From: Deltaproteobacteria bacterium
Lineage (GTDB): Bacteria; SAR324; XYD2-FULL-50-16
NCBI GenBank assembly: GCA_029881655.1
Contig: JAOUME010000001.1
Coordinates: forward strand, 2,351-66,350
Length of the DNA stretch: 64,000 bases
Direction of reading: 5' to 3'
Position 1 is the first letter of the stretch. Every line of letters begins with the position of its first letter. Shown piece after piece: positions 20,976 to 31,011 of this stretch. Both the position numbers and the translations under genes were made by a program. Below the pieces are notes generated by a model, which did not search any database, was not told the DNA's origin, and worked only from the letters and a program-made list of their open reading frames with translations.

Positions 20976-21635
20976 ATGTTTTCAAAAAAAAAAGGGGCAA
21001 TCATTGTAGTGCTTTGCTTTTTTTTGCCCTTTTTAATCGGCGCTAAGATTGATTTTTGGTCTCAATTTGAACAGAATTTTAGAAAATTTAAATCGTTTGG
21101 CGGTACCTTTAAACAGGAATATTACGATTCAATACAAAGCAAAAGCTTTGTTTCACACGGCCTGATTGAATATCTCTCACCAGGCTTAATGCGTTGGAGT
21201 TACAATAAACCCGACGAAATGGAAATTGTGATCGGCACTGACAGGATCTGGATTTACGATCCCATTCTAGATAACGTCACCATCCAGCGGCTCGACCAGA
21301 TTACCCGAATGAACGCGATCGGTTTTTTACAAAACCAATCAAAATTATCGGTTATTTATACTCCGGTAAAACCCGGGGTGGTCTTTCTAGATTCTTTTAA
21401 GAATCACCACCCCTTGTTTTTAAAGCCCAAACGAACAGATGCCGGCTATAGGGAAATTCAATTGGCGGTCAATAAAAGTAATTTTCAGATCACCCAGTTC
21501 GTGATCATCGACAATCAGTCCAATTATCGTAAAATTACTTTTTCAGACATCAATACAGGAATGAAGTTTAAACCAGAGGACTTTATGTTTAAAGTTAAAG
21601 ATAATCTGGAAGTTATCAACGAATTCGACAAATAA
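20976..21635 (+). CDS. lolA: Outer-membrane lipoprotein carrier protein
   Basis: FKQ...G......PGLMRWSY.KP...IWIYDP.L..VT pattern; signal peptide. Confidence 0.85.
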   Translation: MFSKKKGAIIVVLCFFLPFLIGAKIDFWSQFEQNFRKFKSFGGTFKQEYYDSIQSKSFVSHGLIEYLSPGLMRWSYNKPDEMEIVIGTDRIWIYDPILDNVTIQRLDQITRMNAIGFLQNQSKLSVIYTPVKPGVVFLDSFKNHHPLFLKPKRTDAGYREIQLAVNKSNFQITQFVIIDNQSNYRKITFSDINTGMKFKPEDFMFKVKDNLEVINEFDK

Positions 21636-21649
21636 TAAAAGAACCTAAT

Positions 21650-22363
21650 ATGCTGAGATTTGCTCTGATTCTTGTAAGTTTATTTTTTATTCTACAGCCC
21701 ATATGCAGTCTTTTCGCACAAGATAACAAAGAGTCCGCGTCCGTTGCGCAAAAACCCGCAAGCGAAGAAAAACCAATCTCGCCAGGTATTAAACGTTTTG
21801 GGAATAATTTTATGATTTTCCCCACCGAGCAGCCTTCTAATTCTTTTTATATCGGTAAAACGAAATATTTTTCCAAAAAAGGATTTATCCTGCGAGATGT
21901 CATTGAAGCCCCAGAGGGTTATGTTTATTCAGGAGAAACGGAAAACCAAAAAAAAACCATGGGGTATTTCGGTAAACTTGAGGCGGAATTCACCGAACTG
22001 GAAGGCGGTTTTTTCCAATTAAAGAAAGATTCCTTAAGCAAGCTTTACAGGAATTACCCAGGAGATAAGATTCAGGAACTGCTACCCAGATCCAACACAG
22101 CAGCCGGTTTGGTTTATAATGGTCATGACAGAGCCGTGTTCTTTCATATCGCTAATGGCAAATCCATTGAAACCGAAGATGGTAAAATGAAATATCTATA
22201 TACTTTCAAAATCCATTTAACCGATATAAAAACGCCAAATATTAAAACGATATCTCCCCAAATCGATGACTTTGATCCAATTTTAAAATTAAATTGGTTA
22301 AAAAGAAACGTGGTGCAATATATTTTAAGTGATGGTCAAAAGTTTCAAATTAATGTAGACTAG
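21650..22363 (+). CDS. Exported hypothetical protein
   Basis: Signal peptide; lies between lolA and dksA. Confidence 0.75.
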   Translation: MLRFALILVSLFFILQPICSLFAQDNKESASVAQKPASEEKPISPGIKRFGNNFMIFPTEQPSNSFYIGKTKYFSKKGFILRDVIEAPEGYVYSGETENQKKTMGYFGKLEAEFTELEGGFFQLKKDSLSKLYRNYPGDKIQELLPRSNTAAGLVYNGHDRAVFFHIANGKSIETEDGKMKYLYTFKIHLTDIKTPNIKTISPQIDDFDPILKLNWLKRNVVQYILSDGQKFQINVD

Positions 22364-22408
22364 ATCATAATTGAGCATAAAAAAAGCAATCAGCAACCTA
22401 TTCGATTA

Positions 22409-22810
22409 ATGGCTCAGAAAATGAAATTCGAAAAAACACACGAATTAACCCCGGAAGAAAAACTTTATTTCCGCTCGAAACTGGACGAAAAACTCCATAA
22501 TCTTCTCAATGAATCCGGCGAGACCGTGCAAGAAATGCAGGGAAGCTCCCAGGAGTTCCCAGACCCGGGAGATAGGGCTAATTTCGAGTTTGAGAGAAAC
22601 ACAACCTTAAGAATCAGAGATAGAGAGCGAAAATTAATCAAAAAAGTGCAAGAGGCAATTAAACGCTTGGAAGATGACGAGTACCATGTTTGTGAAGATT
22701 GTGGTGACTGGATCAGCAAAGAGAGACTGGAGGCGAGACCTGTAACGACACTGTGTTTTAACTGTAAAGAGCAACAAGAGCAAAACGAAAAAGTAAGGAA
22801 ATTAAAATAG
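22409..22810 (+). CDS. dksA: RNA polymerase-binding protein DksA
   Basis: PDPGDRA (DxxDxA), RDRERKLIKK, CxxC...RLEARP..TLCxxC. Confidence 0.93.
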   Translation: MAQKMKFEKTHELTPEEKLYFRSKLDEKLHNLLNESGETVQEMQGSSQEFPDPGDRANFEFERNTTLRIRDRERKLIKKVQEAIKRLEDDEYHVCEDCGDWISKERLEARPVTTLCFNCKEQQEQNEKVRKLK

Positions 22811-22890
22811 ACGCGAAAACTTGCTCTATACTCTGTTTGATTTTTATTTGCTTAGGCTGACCTCTTTAATAAAATGTAATATTCGCCACT

Positions 22891-24777
22891 ATGAGCCTAT
22901 CGGAACAAATATCCAACCTTGAATCGCTAGTAAAAGACCTGAAACTTGAAGACAATCGGATTCAGGAGTCCCTCGATAAAATCCGCTTTAATGCGTCGGA
23001 CCTGGAAGAGCAGATAGGGATTCTGGTTTCCGCTGGAGTCATGATCAGCCAGGACCAAGAACAAAGCAACGTCCTGCACATCATTATCAACACAGCCAGA
23101 GCCCTAACCAATGCTGACGGAGGAACTGTTTACATTCTAGAAGAAGAATATGAGGACGATCCCTTCAACCCTGGGGAGATCAAAGCCAGATATCTGACTT
23201 TCGAGGTGATGCAAAACGAGACGATGAACGTCTTTTTAAGTGGCGATAAGATCAATCTGCCACCCGTTCCCTTGGAGACCGACGGCAAGCCCAACCATAA
23301 GAACGTTTCCGCTTCCTGCGCCAATACAGGGAAAATCGTCAACATTCCTGATGTCTATGATGCCGAGGGTTTTGATTTCAGCGGAGCAAAAAAATACGAT
23401 CAGGCTACGGGTTACCGTTCCAAATCCATGCTGGTCATCCCTTTGAAGGATCATGAAAACCAAATCAATGGCGTTCTGCAACTGATCAACCGCAAAACCC
23501 CCGACGGCAAAGAAGTTATCGCTTTTTCGGACCGCGATCAGGCCTTGGTTCAGTCGGTTTCTTTCCAGGCAGCCTCGACCTTAACGACAGCTAGGCTTTT
23601 AAAAGATCAGGTTATACTTTTCAATTCTTTTGTTCAGGTACTGGCCGAAGGGCTGGGAGAGAAATCACCTTATAACTTTTCTCATATCAACCGGGTTGCA
23701 AAATTGTCTTTAGAGATTGCTGAGGAAATCGACAAATGGAGCGAAGGTGATTACGGTAAGATCCATTTCGATAAAAACAAAATGGATGAAATTTCGTTGG
23801 CTGGTTGGATGCATGATATCGGCAAGTTGACCACACCGGAAAATATTGTTTCCAAATCCATCAAACTTGAGCTTTTGAGCGACCGTTTCGACTTAATCGT
23901 CGAACGCTTCAACTCAAAGATCAAAGACTTACAAATTGATCATCTTCAAAAAGAAGTCGAAGGACTAAAAAACCAATCTTCTCCAGAATACTTCCATGAA
24001 ATCAACAAGGAAAAAGAAGAAAGTATCTCTTTACTGATTCAGGATTTAAAAACCATCAATAAAACCAACTTCGGAGGTGAGTTTCTCAACGACGATCTAA
24101 AAGCCCTAATCGAAAAATATTATCAGGTTAAACATACCCAGCATATTCTCACAAAAGAAGGCAAGGTCGCTGAATCCAATCGAACCGTGGATGTCGATCT
24201 GGCGGATCATCCGGGCAGTGCTTCTTTGATTAGCGAGGTAGAAAGAGAAATGCTTCTAATCGGCAAGGGAACCCTTTCCGAAGATGAGCGCAAGCAGATT
24301 AACGATCATGCGGACCGCTCCTGGCGGTGGCTAATGAAACTTCCCTTCCCCAAAAAAATGATCAAGTTGCCACTTTACGCCGGTGCCCATCATGAAACCC
24401 TCAACGGGCAGGGATATCCAAATAAGCTTAAGGCGAATCAGCTTCCGATCCAGTCTCGAATCATTGCGATTGCAGATATCTTTGAGGCCTTAACGGCTAA
24501 TGACCGGCCTTATAAAAGCCCCATGCCCCTTTCAAAAGCCTTAAACATTCTCGGGTTCATGATTAAAGATGGTCATCTTGACCCTGAAATCATCAAAATC
24601 TTTCTCAAATCCGGACGCTTCCTGAAATATGCCCAAGAATCCTTGGACAAAGAACAGATTGACGAAGTCGATATTGAGCAATGGTTTGAGAAATTTTTCC
24701 CCAAAGATTTTCAGCACAACCTCCCCTATTATCAAACTTTAACTCAGGAAGAAGACTCAGCTTCTGTAAAGCCATGA
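22891..24777 (+). CDS. GAF + HD-GYP phosphodiesterase (c-di-GMP turnover)
   Basis: GAF (IVNIPDVY, GYRSKSMLVIPL, GVLQLIN); MHDIGK, HHETLNGQGYP, ADIFEALTA.DRPYK. Confidence 0.92.
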   Translation: MSLSEQISNLESLVKDLKLEDNRIQESLDKIRFNASDLEEQIGILVSAGVMISQDQEQSNVLHIIINTARALTNADGGTVYILEEEYEDDPFNPGEIKARYLTFEVMQNETMNVFLSGDKINLPPVPLETDGKPNHKNVSASCANTGKIVNIPDVYDAEGFDFSGAKKYDQATGYRSKSMLVIPLKDHENQINGVLQLINRKTPDGKEVIAFSDRDQALVQSVSFQAASTLTTARLLKDQVILFNSFVQVLAEGLGEKSPYNFSHINRVAKLSLEIAEEIDKWSEGDYGKIHFDKNKMDEISLAGWMHDIGKLTTPENIVSKSIKLELLSDRFDLIVERFNSKIKDLQIDHLQKEVEGLKNQSSPEYFHEINKEKEESISLLIQDLKTINKTNFGGEFLNDDLKALIEKYYQVKHTQHILTKEGKVAESNRTVDVDLADHPGSASLISEVEREMLLIGKGTLSEDERKQINDHADRSWRWLMKLPFPKKMIKLPLYAGAHHETLNGQGYPNKLKANQLPIQSRIIAIADIFEALTANDRPYKSPMPLSKALNILGFMIKDGHLDPEIIKIFLKSGRFLKYAQESLDKEQIDEVDIEQWFEKFFPKDFQHNLPYYQTLTQEEDSASVKP

Positions 24778-26369
24778 AACGTTTTTTCTTGTCCCTTCTG
24801 GTTTGTTTTTTTTTTACAGCTTGTTTTAATGCTCTTATCGCCGGGGAAACAAAAACTTACTACAGTTCATTATCAGCACCTATCAGGAATAAGGATATCG
24901 TTTTCGCTAGAACCAGCGTTATTTTTGATTTAAGAAGAAGCCTGCTAGAAAAGGCCATTGCCGACCTGATTAACCCCGTCATTTTAGAAGAAAACCATTA
25001 TTTGATCTATCGTTCAAAACCGCTTAATCCTGCAAAATATATCTCTTCTATCAAAGTTTTGAAAGAAAAGGTCGAGGGAAAGCATTTTTACATGGAGATG
25101 CAAGGGACAATTCAACTTGACAGCCTCAAGGAGAAGCTACGGGAAAAAGGCCTGATCCTGCTTGATGATCCTTGGATGGATGTGAGTTGGGTATTGGGAC
25201 AGAATATCGTTTTGCCGCAAAATAAAATCGATGAACGATTGGCTATTTTTCATATACGGCTTAAACCTCAGCAGATTGATACCAATCAGATTTTAACAGA
25301 TTTTGGTAATGAGAAAGCCTTTGCTAGGGAGTTGTTTTCGCGTTTTCCTGAAAATCCAATTATTTTTTTCGTCGATACAAGAGAAATGGAGGATTCCGCT
25401 TTGATCAAGGGCTTGGATTTCCAAATATTCAGGAAATCGGACTTTGCGCTAGTCGATCATTTCTTTTTGACCTTTTCTTCACCCACAACGCCCCCTGAGC
25501 TAAAACGCGCCATTCAAAGAAATCTCCCCAGGCTATTATCCCTTTTTTCTTTAAAAACCCTGGATATCGACACTTACGAAGTCGGTGAGGAATTCTCGAT
25601 CTCTTTAAGCGTTTCTGGCCTTGTCACACCTTATCAGCGATTTATGTTCGAAAGTTGGATTTTAAAACCCAATCGCTTGATCCAGTCCTTCAAAATTTTG
25701 GGCATTTCTAAAGAAAATGCTCAATACCAACTTTTCAGCGTTAGTAGCCTGTCAAACTTAAAACAACGTCTTCAAAAAACAAACCCTTATTTTGACATAA
25801 TACCGATCGAAACGGACCCACCCGTTAATGACAAATTGGCAGTCAGGGCGACACCCAAGCTGGAACCGAATATCCTTCAGATGAGATCCTGGAATCCAGA
25901 AAATAATGTCATCAAAATGATCAAGGAGACTTTGGCGATTCAAAACGAAGAGGAACTCGAAAGTTATATTCCGTCGGTCATTGAGGAAGAACCCAACAAC
26001 GACTCTCAACATATCGACCAACTCGTTCCTGATATATTAATGCTGGGAAAAATTTCTTCCAGAGTTGATAACGACGTTTTTATGCTAACCACTCCCGAGT
26101 TGAAATCGAAACTCAAAATCAAATGGATTCAAGTTGGAAAAACGGATCTTTCACCGCTATTAAAACTTTACGACAAGGACTTTAATTATCTCAATAGCTA
26201 TTTCCTGGCAGGCAACCAAAACCAACTGGAGATCGATTACGAACCAATTTCAGATGATCCCCAAACGCTCTTTGTCCTAATCACCGACCGTATCGGCTTC
26301 GTAGCAGGAGAAACTGGGGGATTTAAATCCTTTTATTATTTGCTACGATACGAATGGGAAAAGGATTAG
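24774..26369 (+). CDS. Exported hypothetical protein, possible C-terminal PPC-like beta domain
   Basis: Signal peptide; EEEPNND...GKI...DNDVF...LKLYD pattern; ATGA overlap with the upstream gene. Confidence 0.7.
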   Translation: MKRFFLSLLVCFFFTACFNALIAGETKTYYSSLSAPIRNKDIVFARTSVIFDLRRSLLEKAIADLINPVILEENHYLIYRSKPLNPAKYISSIKVLKEKVEGKHFYMEMQGTIQLDSLKEKLREKGLILLDDPWMDVSWVLGQNIVLPQNKIDERLAIFHIRLKPQQIDTNQILTDFGNEKAFARELFSRFPENPIIFFVDTREMEDSALIKGLDFQIFRKSDFALVDHFFLTFSSPTTPPELKRAIQRNLPRLLSLFSLKTLDIDTYEVGEEFSISLSVSGLVTPYQRFMFESWILKPNRLIQSFKILGISKENAQYQLFSVSSLSNLKQRLQKTNPYFDIIPIETDPPVNDKLAVRATPKLEPNILQMRSWNPENNVIKMIKETLAIQNEEELESYIPSVIEEEPNNDSQHIDQLVPDILMLGKISSRVDNDVFMLTTPELKSKLKIKWIQVGKTDLSPLLKLYDKDFNYLNSYFLAGNQNQLEIDYEPISDDPQTLFVLITDRIGFVAGETGGFKSFYYLLRYEWEKD

Positions 26370-27049
26370 TCGCCTCGAATCACTATCTCGGGGAAATAGT
26401 TAATTTTGGGAATAAGAAGGTTTTGCGCGATGATTTCGGCCAACTCTTCCGGGTCGATCATTTTATTTGGGGGAAGGTGGGATTTGGTTTGCTTAAAAAA
26501 ATCGGTATTGACGCTACCGGGCTTATAAAGCCAAACTCTACCGTTTTCATGTTTAACTTCTGTTTGCAAGGTCTTCGCAAAATAATCAAGACCAGCCTTG
26601 CTGGCCCCATATAGTCCGTTTTTCATCCAGGTTTGACTGGTGGATGCCGAAGAAAGGAAAACAAGCTCATAACCCTTCTGATCCCTAGCAAGATGAAAAA
26701 GTCTGTAAAAACAAAATGCGGATGTCAAATTGATATCCATTACCTGATTCCATTCCTCAAGCGAAACATTGGCCAGCTTTTTAAAAAGAGGCATGCCGGC
26801 CATATGAATGCCGGTTTGAAAAGGGGTGCTTTGTGATTTAATCCAGTTCTGAACCTTTTTGAATTGTGTTGGGTCACAAAGAGGCCCAACTTGAAAAACT
26901 TGTTCCTTTTTCAGGTTCAACCTTTCCTGTAGGGATTTCAACTTGGCAGAAGATCGCCCCAGAACAAAAAGATTCGCGTGTCTTTTAATAAGAGCCTGAC
27001 ATACCGCTTGGCCGATTCCACCGGTTGCGCCATAGATCAAAACATTCAT
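26366..27049 (-). CDS. SDR family NAD(P)-dependent oxidoreductase
   Basis: GATGGIG, catalytic YGASK, PGSVNT; alternative in-frame ATG at 27064. Confidence 0.9.
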   Translation of the reverse strand: MNVLIYGATGGIGQAVCQALIKRHANLFVLGRSSAKLKSLQERLNLKKEQVFQVGPLCDPTQFKKVQNWIKSQSTPFQTGIHMAGMPLFKKLANVSLEEWNQVMDINLTSAFCFYRLFHLARDQKGYELVFLSSASTSQTWMKNGLYGASKAGLDYFAKTLQTEVKHENGRVWLYKPGSVNTDFFKQTKSHLPPNKMIDPEELAEIIAQNLLIPKINYFPEIVIRGD

Positions 27050-27062
27050 CGATAATTTTTCC

Positions 27063-28031
27063 ATGTATTCCAACTATACTTTCAAAACCATTCCAATAGA
27101 TCACATTGATGAACAGGATAAAACATTTTTAATCCGGAGTCATCCTGAAAACCATGACATCAAATACCCCGGTTTGCGTATTTTTAGGCCGATTTATCTT
27201 CAGGAAACGAAAACCGCTCAATATAAAATCCTTTCAGATCATTTTTTAATCGAACAAATCAAAAATGAGAATAAAAACCTCAGCGTTCCTGCCCTCATTT
27301 TCCCCAAAGAAGAAGACAACCTCCAACTATGGTTATTAATGATACACCAAAGCCATTTTGAAAAAAAGCTGACTCCTTTTGGTTTTTTTGAAAGTCTATA
27401 TAAGGTCTCAAGTCTGGTCGATAAAAGCAAGCTGTTGGGAAAGAGCCGGGAATTTCTTATATCTCAAAACTGGACCAAAAAAGACTTACGCTTCCAAGAC
27501 GTAAAAAATATTATCGATAAATCCACCCATTACACCTATTTCACAAATCCTTTTCTGTTAAGTTCCCAGGAGCTGATCCTTTTGGCTGAGTTCGATGAAA
27601 AAAGTCTTGTCCTTTTAACGGAACTCTTAGAAGGCATTCAACTTAAGGGAAATAAATTATTCGGGCTTCTTCAAATGCTCCGCGAACTTAAAATCGGGTA
27701 TAAAACCGACATAAAAAACCTTTTATTGAACCCTGAGATTCAAATAATAGTCAAGGACCAGCCCAAGAATTTGCTGTATCGAAATTTAAAAGCCAAATTA
27801 AGCGAGTTGCGTAACCCCACGTTAAAATCCCTTCAACATAAATGGAGCCAATCACTAGAAAAGGTCCATCTCCCAGAAGGAATCAAAATCAAACACGATC
27901 CGTACTTTGAACAAGATTTTATCGAACTAGTTTTTTACGCCTCCTCAAAAAACCAGTTGAAAAACCAAATCAAATGGGCAAAAGATAGCCTACTCTCCAA
28001 CGAGTTGAACAGCCTATTTGATATTTTATAG
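27063..28031 (+). CDS. Hypothetical protein with a degenerate ParB-like N-terminal region
   Basis: IPIDHIDEQDKTF.I, PIYLQE...YKIL pattern, but no GxxR motif. Confidence 0.55.
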   Translation: MYSNYTFKTIPIDHIDEQDKTFLIRSHPENHDIKYPGLRIFRPIYLQETKTAQYKILSDHFLIEQIKNENKNLSVPALIFPKEEDNLQLWLLMIHQSHFEKKLTPFGFFESLYKVSSLVDKSKLLGKSREFLISQNWTKKDLRFQDVKNIIDKSTHYTYFTNPFLLSSQELILLAEFDEKSLVLLTELLEGIQLKGNKLFGLLQMLRELKIGYKTDIKNLLLNPEIQIIVKDQPKNLLYRNLKAKLSELRNPTLKSLQHKWSQSLEKVHLPEGIKIKHDPYFEQDFIELVFYASSKNQLKNQIKWAKDSLLSNELNSLFDIL

Positions 28032-28101
28032 TTAACCAGGATATCATAAGTAGCTATTTAAATTTTACTCAGCTCTCGTTAGATAATGATCATATAGTGA
28101 C

Positions 28102-28935
28102 ATGACTCTACTCGTATTCCCCTTTTCAAAAAATAAATTATTTTCTTTAAGCGAAAGAAGTAAGCACCAATGGATCACCGCATGGTTAAAAAATATCCAT
28201 TCCAAGTTGATCAGTGATCAGTTATCTCCTGGTTCACTGGATTTTTTCATGCAGAACTACTGTCGGGTTTTATCCTGGATCGGAGAACCCACGCCTATTA
28301 TCAACGAACATAAAGATCATCAATGGTGGCTCGAATTTATTTCTGATTGTTTTCACCATCACCAGAAGAAAACCGGCCTGGGATTATCGGAGGATCAATT
28401 TTTACCCAAAGTTCTCACAGGCGACAAAATTGGCCATGACTTTATCCCGAAAATTAAGTACATAGTCGCCCTAGATAATCTAAGAAGCGCATTTAACGTT
28501 GGTTCCATCCTACGGGTTATAGATGCCGTGAGCTTTGAGGGCGTCATCAGCACTGTGAAAACACCTGGAAATGACCACAATCAGGTTAAAAAATCAGCCA
28601 TGGGGTCTCAAGACTGGATTCCTCAGGAACAATGCGGCAACCTTAAGGAGACTTTGCTTGACCTGAAAAAAAAGGATTATCGAATCATCGGACTTGAGAC
28701 CGTGGAAAATTCTATCCGCTATGACCGATACAGTTGGCCTGATAAGGGTGTATTGGTCATGGGGAACGAGGAGTATGGAATTTCAAAAGGGGTTCTTTCC
28801 GTCTGCGACGAGTTTGTTCATCTGCCAATGAGCGGCATCAAAAACTCGATCAACGTAGCCAACGCTTTTAGCGTCGTCGCTTTTCAGATTATGAGCGACC
28901 AAACAAATAACGGTCCGGTAAGTCATGTTAAGTAA
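28102..28935 (+). CDS. TrmH/SpoU family RNA methyltransferase with N-terminal extension
   Basis: LDNLRSAFNVGSILR, VMGNEEYG, LPMSGIKNSINVA. Confidence 0.9.
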   Translation: MTLLVFPFSKNKLFSLSERSKHQWITAWLKNIHSKLISDQLSPGSLDFFMQNYCRVLSWIGEPTPIINEHKDHQWWLEFISDCFHHHQKKTGLGLSEDQFLPKVLTGDKIGHDFIPKIKYIVALDNLRSAFNVGSILRVIDAVSFEGVISTVKTPGNDHNQVKKSAMGSQDWIPQEQCGNLKETLLDLKKKDYRIIGLETVENSIRYDRYSWPDKGVLVMGNEEYGISKGVLSVCDEFVHLPMSGIKNSINVANAFSVVAFQIMSDQTNNGPVSHVK

Positions 28936-30148
28936 AACGGAATTAATAACTTATTACCGCCATAACAAGGCCTTTCCTTTTAAACTCCCTGCCAACAAGC
29001 AAAACCTTTCCCTGGCCTTGGAGCTGGTCCGGATTTTCGAGAGTTCAAGAAACAAACATCGCTACGAGATCGACGCAGAAATAAAGAAATTATCCGGTGC
29101 CAAAACCAACTCAAAAGTCATCATGGGGTTAGCAAAAATCCTGACCCAGCACTCCACTTTCTCAAGTTGGGCAACTGAGGACCCCTTTATCTTAAGAGAA
29201 AGAATATTTTCTGCGGCAGCTGAATACTGGAAGAGACAATCACAGCCAAAAAAGGATTTCCGTGAGCATAAAAACAGTATTCTAAGTGGCTTGGGATATC
29301 ATCAACCAAAGATCATACGGCAAACCGATTCCTGGCTTTATGGGGATATCGCCGACAACCAGGTCTTAGATGAGTTTGATTCATTAACTCCGTTGGAACT
29401 AATTGATCGATACAACATCGAGCAGGTCAGAGGCACCCTTATCAACGCCACCTCCCTCGAACTAAACATTACGGTCGATCAGGAAGCAACCTTCCGTCAG
29501 GTCTTGAGAATGCTTAAATTTTTTGGTTTGATGTTTCAAGTCACCTCTCACCAAGGCAGAAAATTAATCATTCAAATCGATGGTACAGCCTCAATTTTGG
29601 AGAACAGCAAAGCCTACGGGATCGAAATCGCCAATTTGTTCCCCGCAATCTTGCTTTTAAAAAAAAGCTGGACAATGACCGCCAACATCAGCCGGCTCCA
29701 ACAAAAAAAACACTTTATTCTCGAGATTTCTAGTGAAAATGATTATAAGACCTATTATCGTTCACAGGGAATTTGGCATCAAGAGGTCCTTTTGCGCCTG
29801 ATAGAGCGGTTTAATGAGAAATACTCCAATGCGCAGGCAATCATCGAAAAAAAGGTCGTTCCATTAAAGAGAAACAGGTACCTTTTACCTGATATTATCT
29901 TGAAAAAAAATCCTGGTAAGGAGATTTTTGTTGAATGGTTGCCCTATCTTTCCAGCTTTAAACTTCAATGGTTAAAAAGTGTCTTTGCCGAATTGCCTGA
30001 GAACTATTACTTTGTGGTAAAAGGGAAAAAAGATGCCTTGGTTAAATTACCGGAAGCCTGCCGAGAGCGGCTTTTCACCTACAGGAAAGATTTAACAGCT
30101 CCCTTATTAATGAGAGTTTTACTTCAAAATAAAACCCCATCCAATTAA
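28925..30148 (+). CDS. DUF790 family (Bax1-like) putative PD-(D/E)xK nuclease
   Basis: LYGD, LIDRYN..QV.G, LKFFGLM, IDG.ASI....YG..IA..FPAIL, C-terminal LPD...VE. Confidence 0.75.
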   Translation: MLSKTELITYYRHNKAFPFKLPANKQNLSLALELVRIFESSRNKHRYEIDAEIKKLSGAKTNSKVIMGLAKILTQHSTFSSWATEDPFILRERIFSAAAEYWKRQSQPKKDFREHKNSILSGLGYHQPKIIRQTDSWLYGDIADNQVLDEFDSLTPLELIDRYNIEQVRGTLINATSLELNITVDQEATFRQVLRMLKFFGLMFQVTSHQGRKLIIQIDGTASILENSKAYGIEIANLFPAILLLKKSWTMTANISRLQQKKHFILEISSENDYKTYYRSQGIWHQEVLLRLIERFNEKYSNAQAIIEKKVVPLKRNRYLLPDIILKKNPGKEIFVEWLPYLSSFKLQWLKSVFAELPENYYFVVKGKKDALVKLPEACRERLFTYRKDLTAPLLMRVLLQNKTPSN

Positions 30149-30156
30149 ATATAATA

Positions 30157-31011
30157 ATGGCGATCATAAATCACACAATTTTAAAATGGGACGGACACAC
30201 CCACTCCGAGTTTTGCAAACATGGCAAGGCTGATAAAACCGAGGAAATGATAAAAAGAGCTATTGATCTCGGTTTTGAAAAATACAGTGTCACCGAACAC
30301 GCTCCTTTGCCAGAGGGCGCCGTTTTGGACCAGCAACTAGTAGAGGAGTATGCTTTGGATCATCGGGAGCTTCAAAGCTATTTTGAGCATGTAGGGGCTT
30401 TAAAAGAAAAATACAAAAAACAGATTCAAATTCTCTGTGGATTGGAGGTCGATTATCTCCTGGGTTGGGAAGACTATACCCGGGATTTGCTGGAAAAAAA
30501 CAGGCAACAGCTCGATGAATGTATCTTGTCTCTTCACTTTTTAACGGGAAATGGAGGCCTTCGTTGCGTCGACTGGAACCCTGAGGACTTACAAGATGGG
30601 TTGATCAAATATTACGGCTCAATTCAAAAAACCCACCTTGCCTACTGGAATACCTTGCAAAAGATGCTAACGGTCGATTTCAACTTTGACAAGAATATCC
30701 GGATCGGGCATATGGGCCTGATCAACATTTTCCAGAAACATTTTTCCTATAATTTAACTCCCGAATTATTGGCTCCTATTTTCGAAAAAACATTCCAGCT
30801 TATTCACACTAAGAACTATCAGGTGGATTACAACGTCAGTGGTAAAAGAAAATCTTACTGTAAGGAAGTCTACGTATCTGACGCCATGTTGCTTTTGTGC
30901 GAAAAATATAATATACCTGTCATCTATGGATCGGACGCTCACGCCATTGAACAAGTCGGAATGGATTATTCCTATTATGAAAAAACATTCGCAGCCCAAC
31001 TTGAAACATGA
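30157..31011 (+). CDS. hisJ: Histidinol-phosphatase, PHP/HisJ family
   Basis: DGHTHSEFC.HG, TEHAP, GLEVDY, LSLHF, RIGH, YGSDAH. Confidence 0.88.
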   Translation: MAIINHTILKWDGHTHSEFCKHGKADKTEEMIKRAIDLGFEKYSVTEHAPLPEGAVLDQQLVEEYALDHRELQSYFEHVGALKEKYKKQIQILCGLEVDYLLGWEDYTRDLLEKNRQQLDECILSLHFLTGNGGLRCVDWNPEDLQDGLIKYYGSIQKTHLAYWNTLQKMLTVDFNFDKNIRIGHMGLINIFQKHFSYNLTPELLAPIFEKTFQLIHTKNYQVDYNVSGKRKSYCKEVYVSDAMLLLCEKYNIPVIYGSDAHAIEQVGMDYSYYEKTFAAQLET

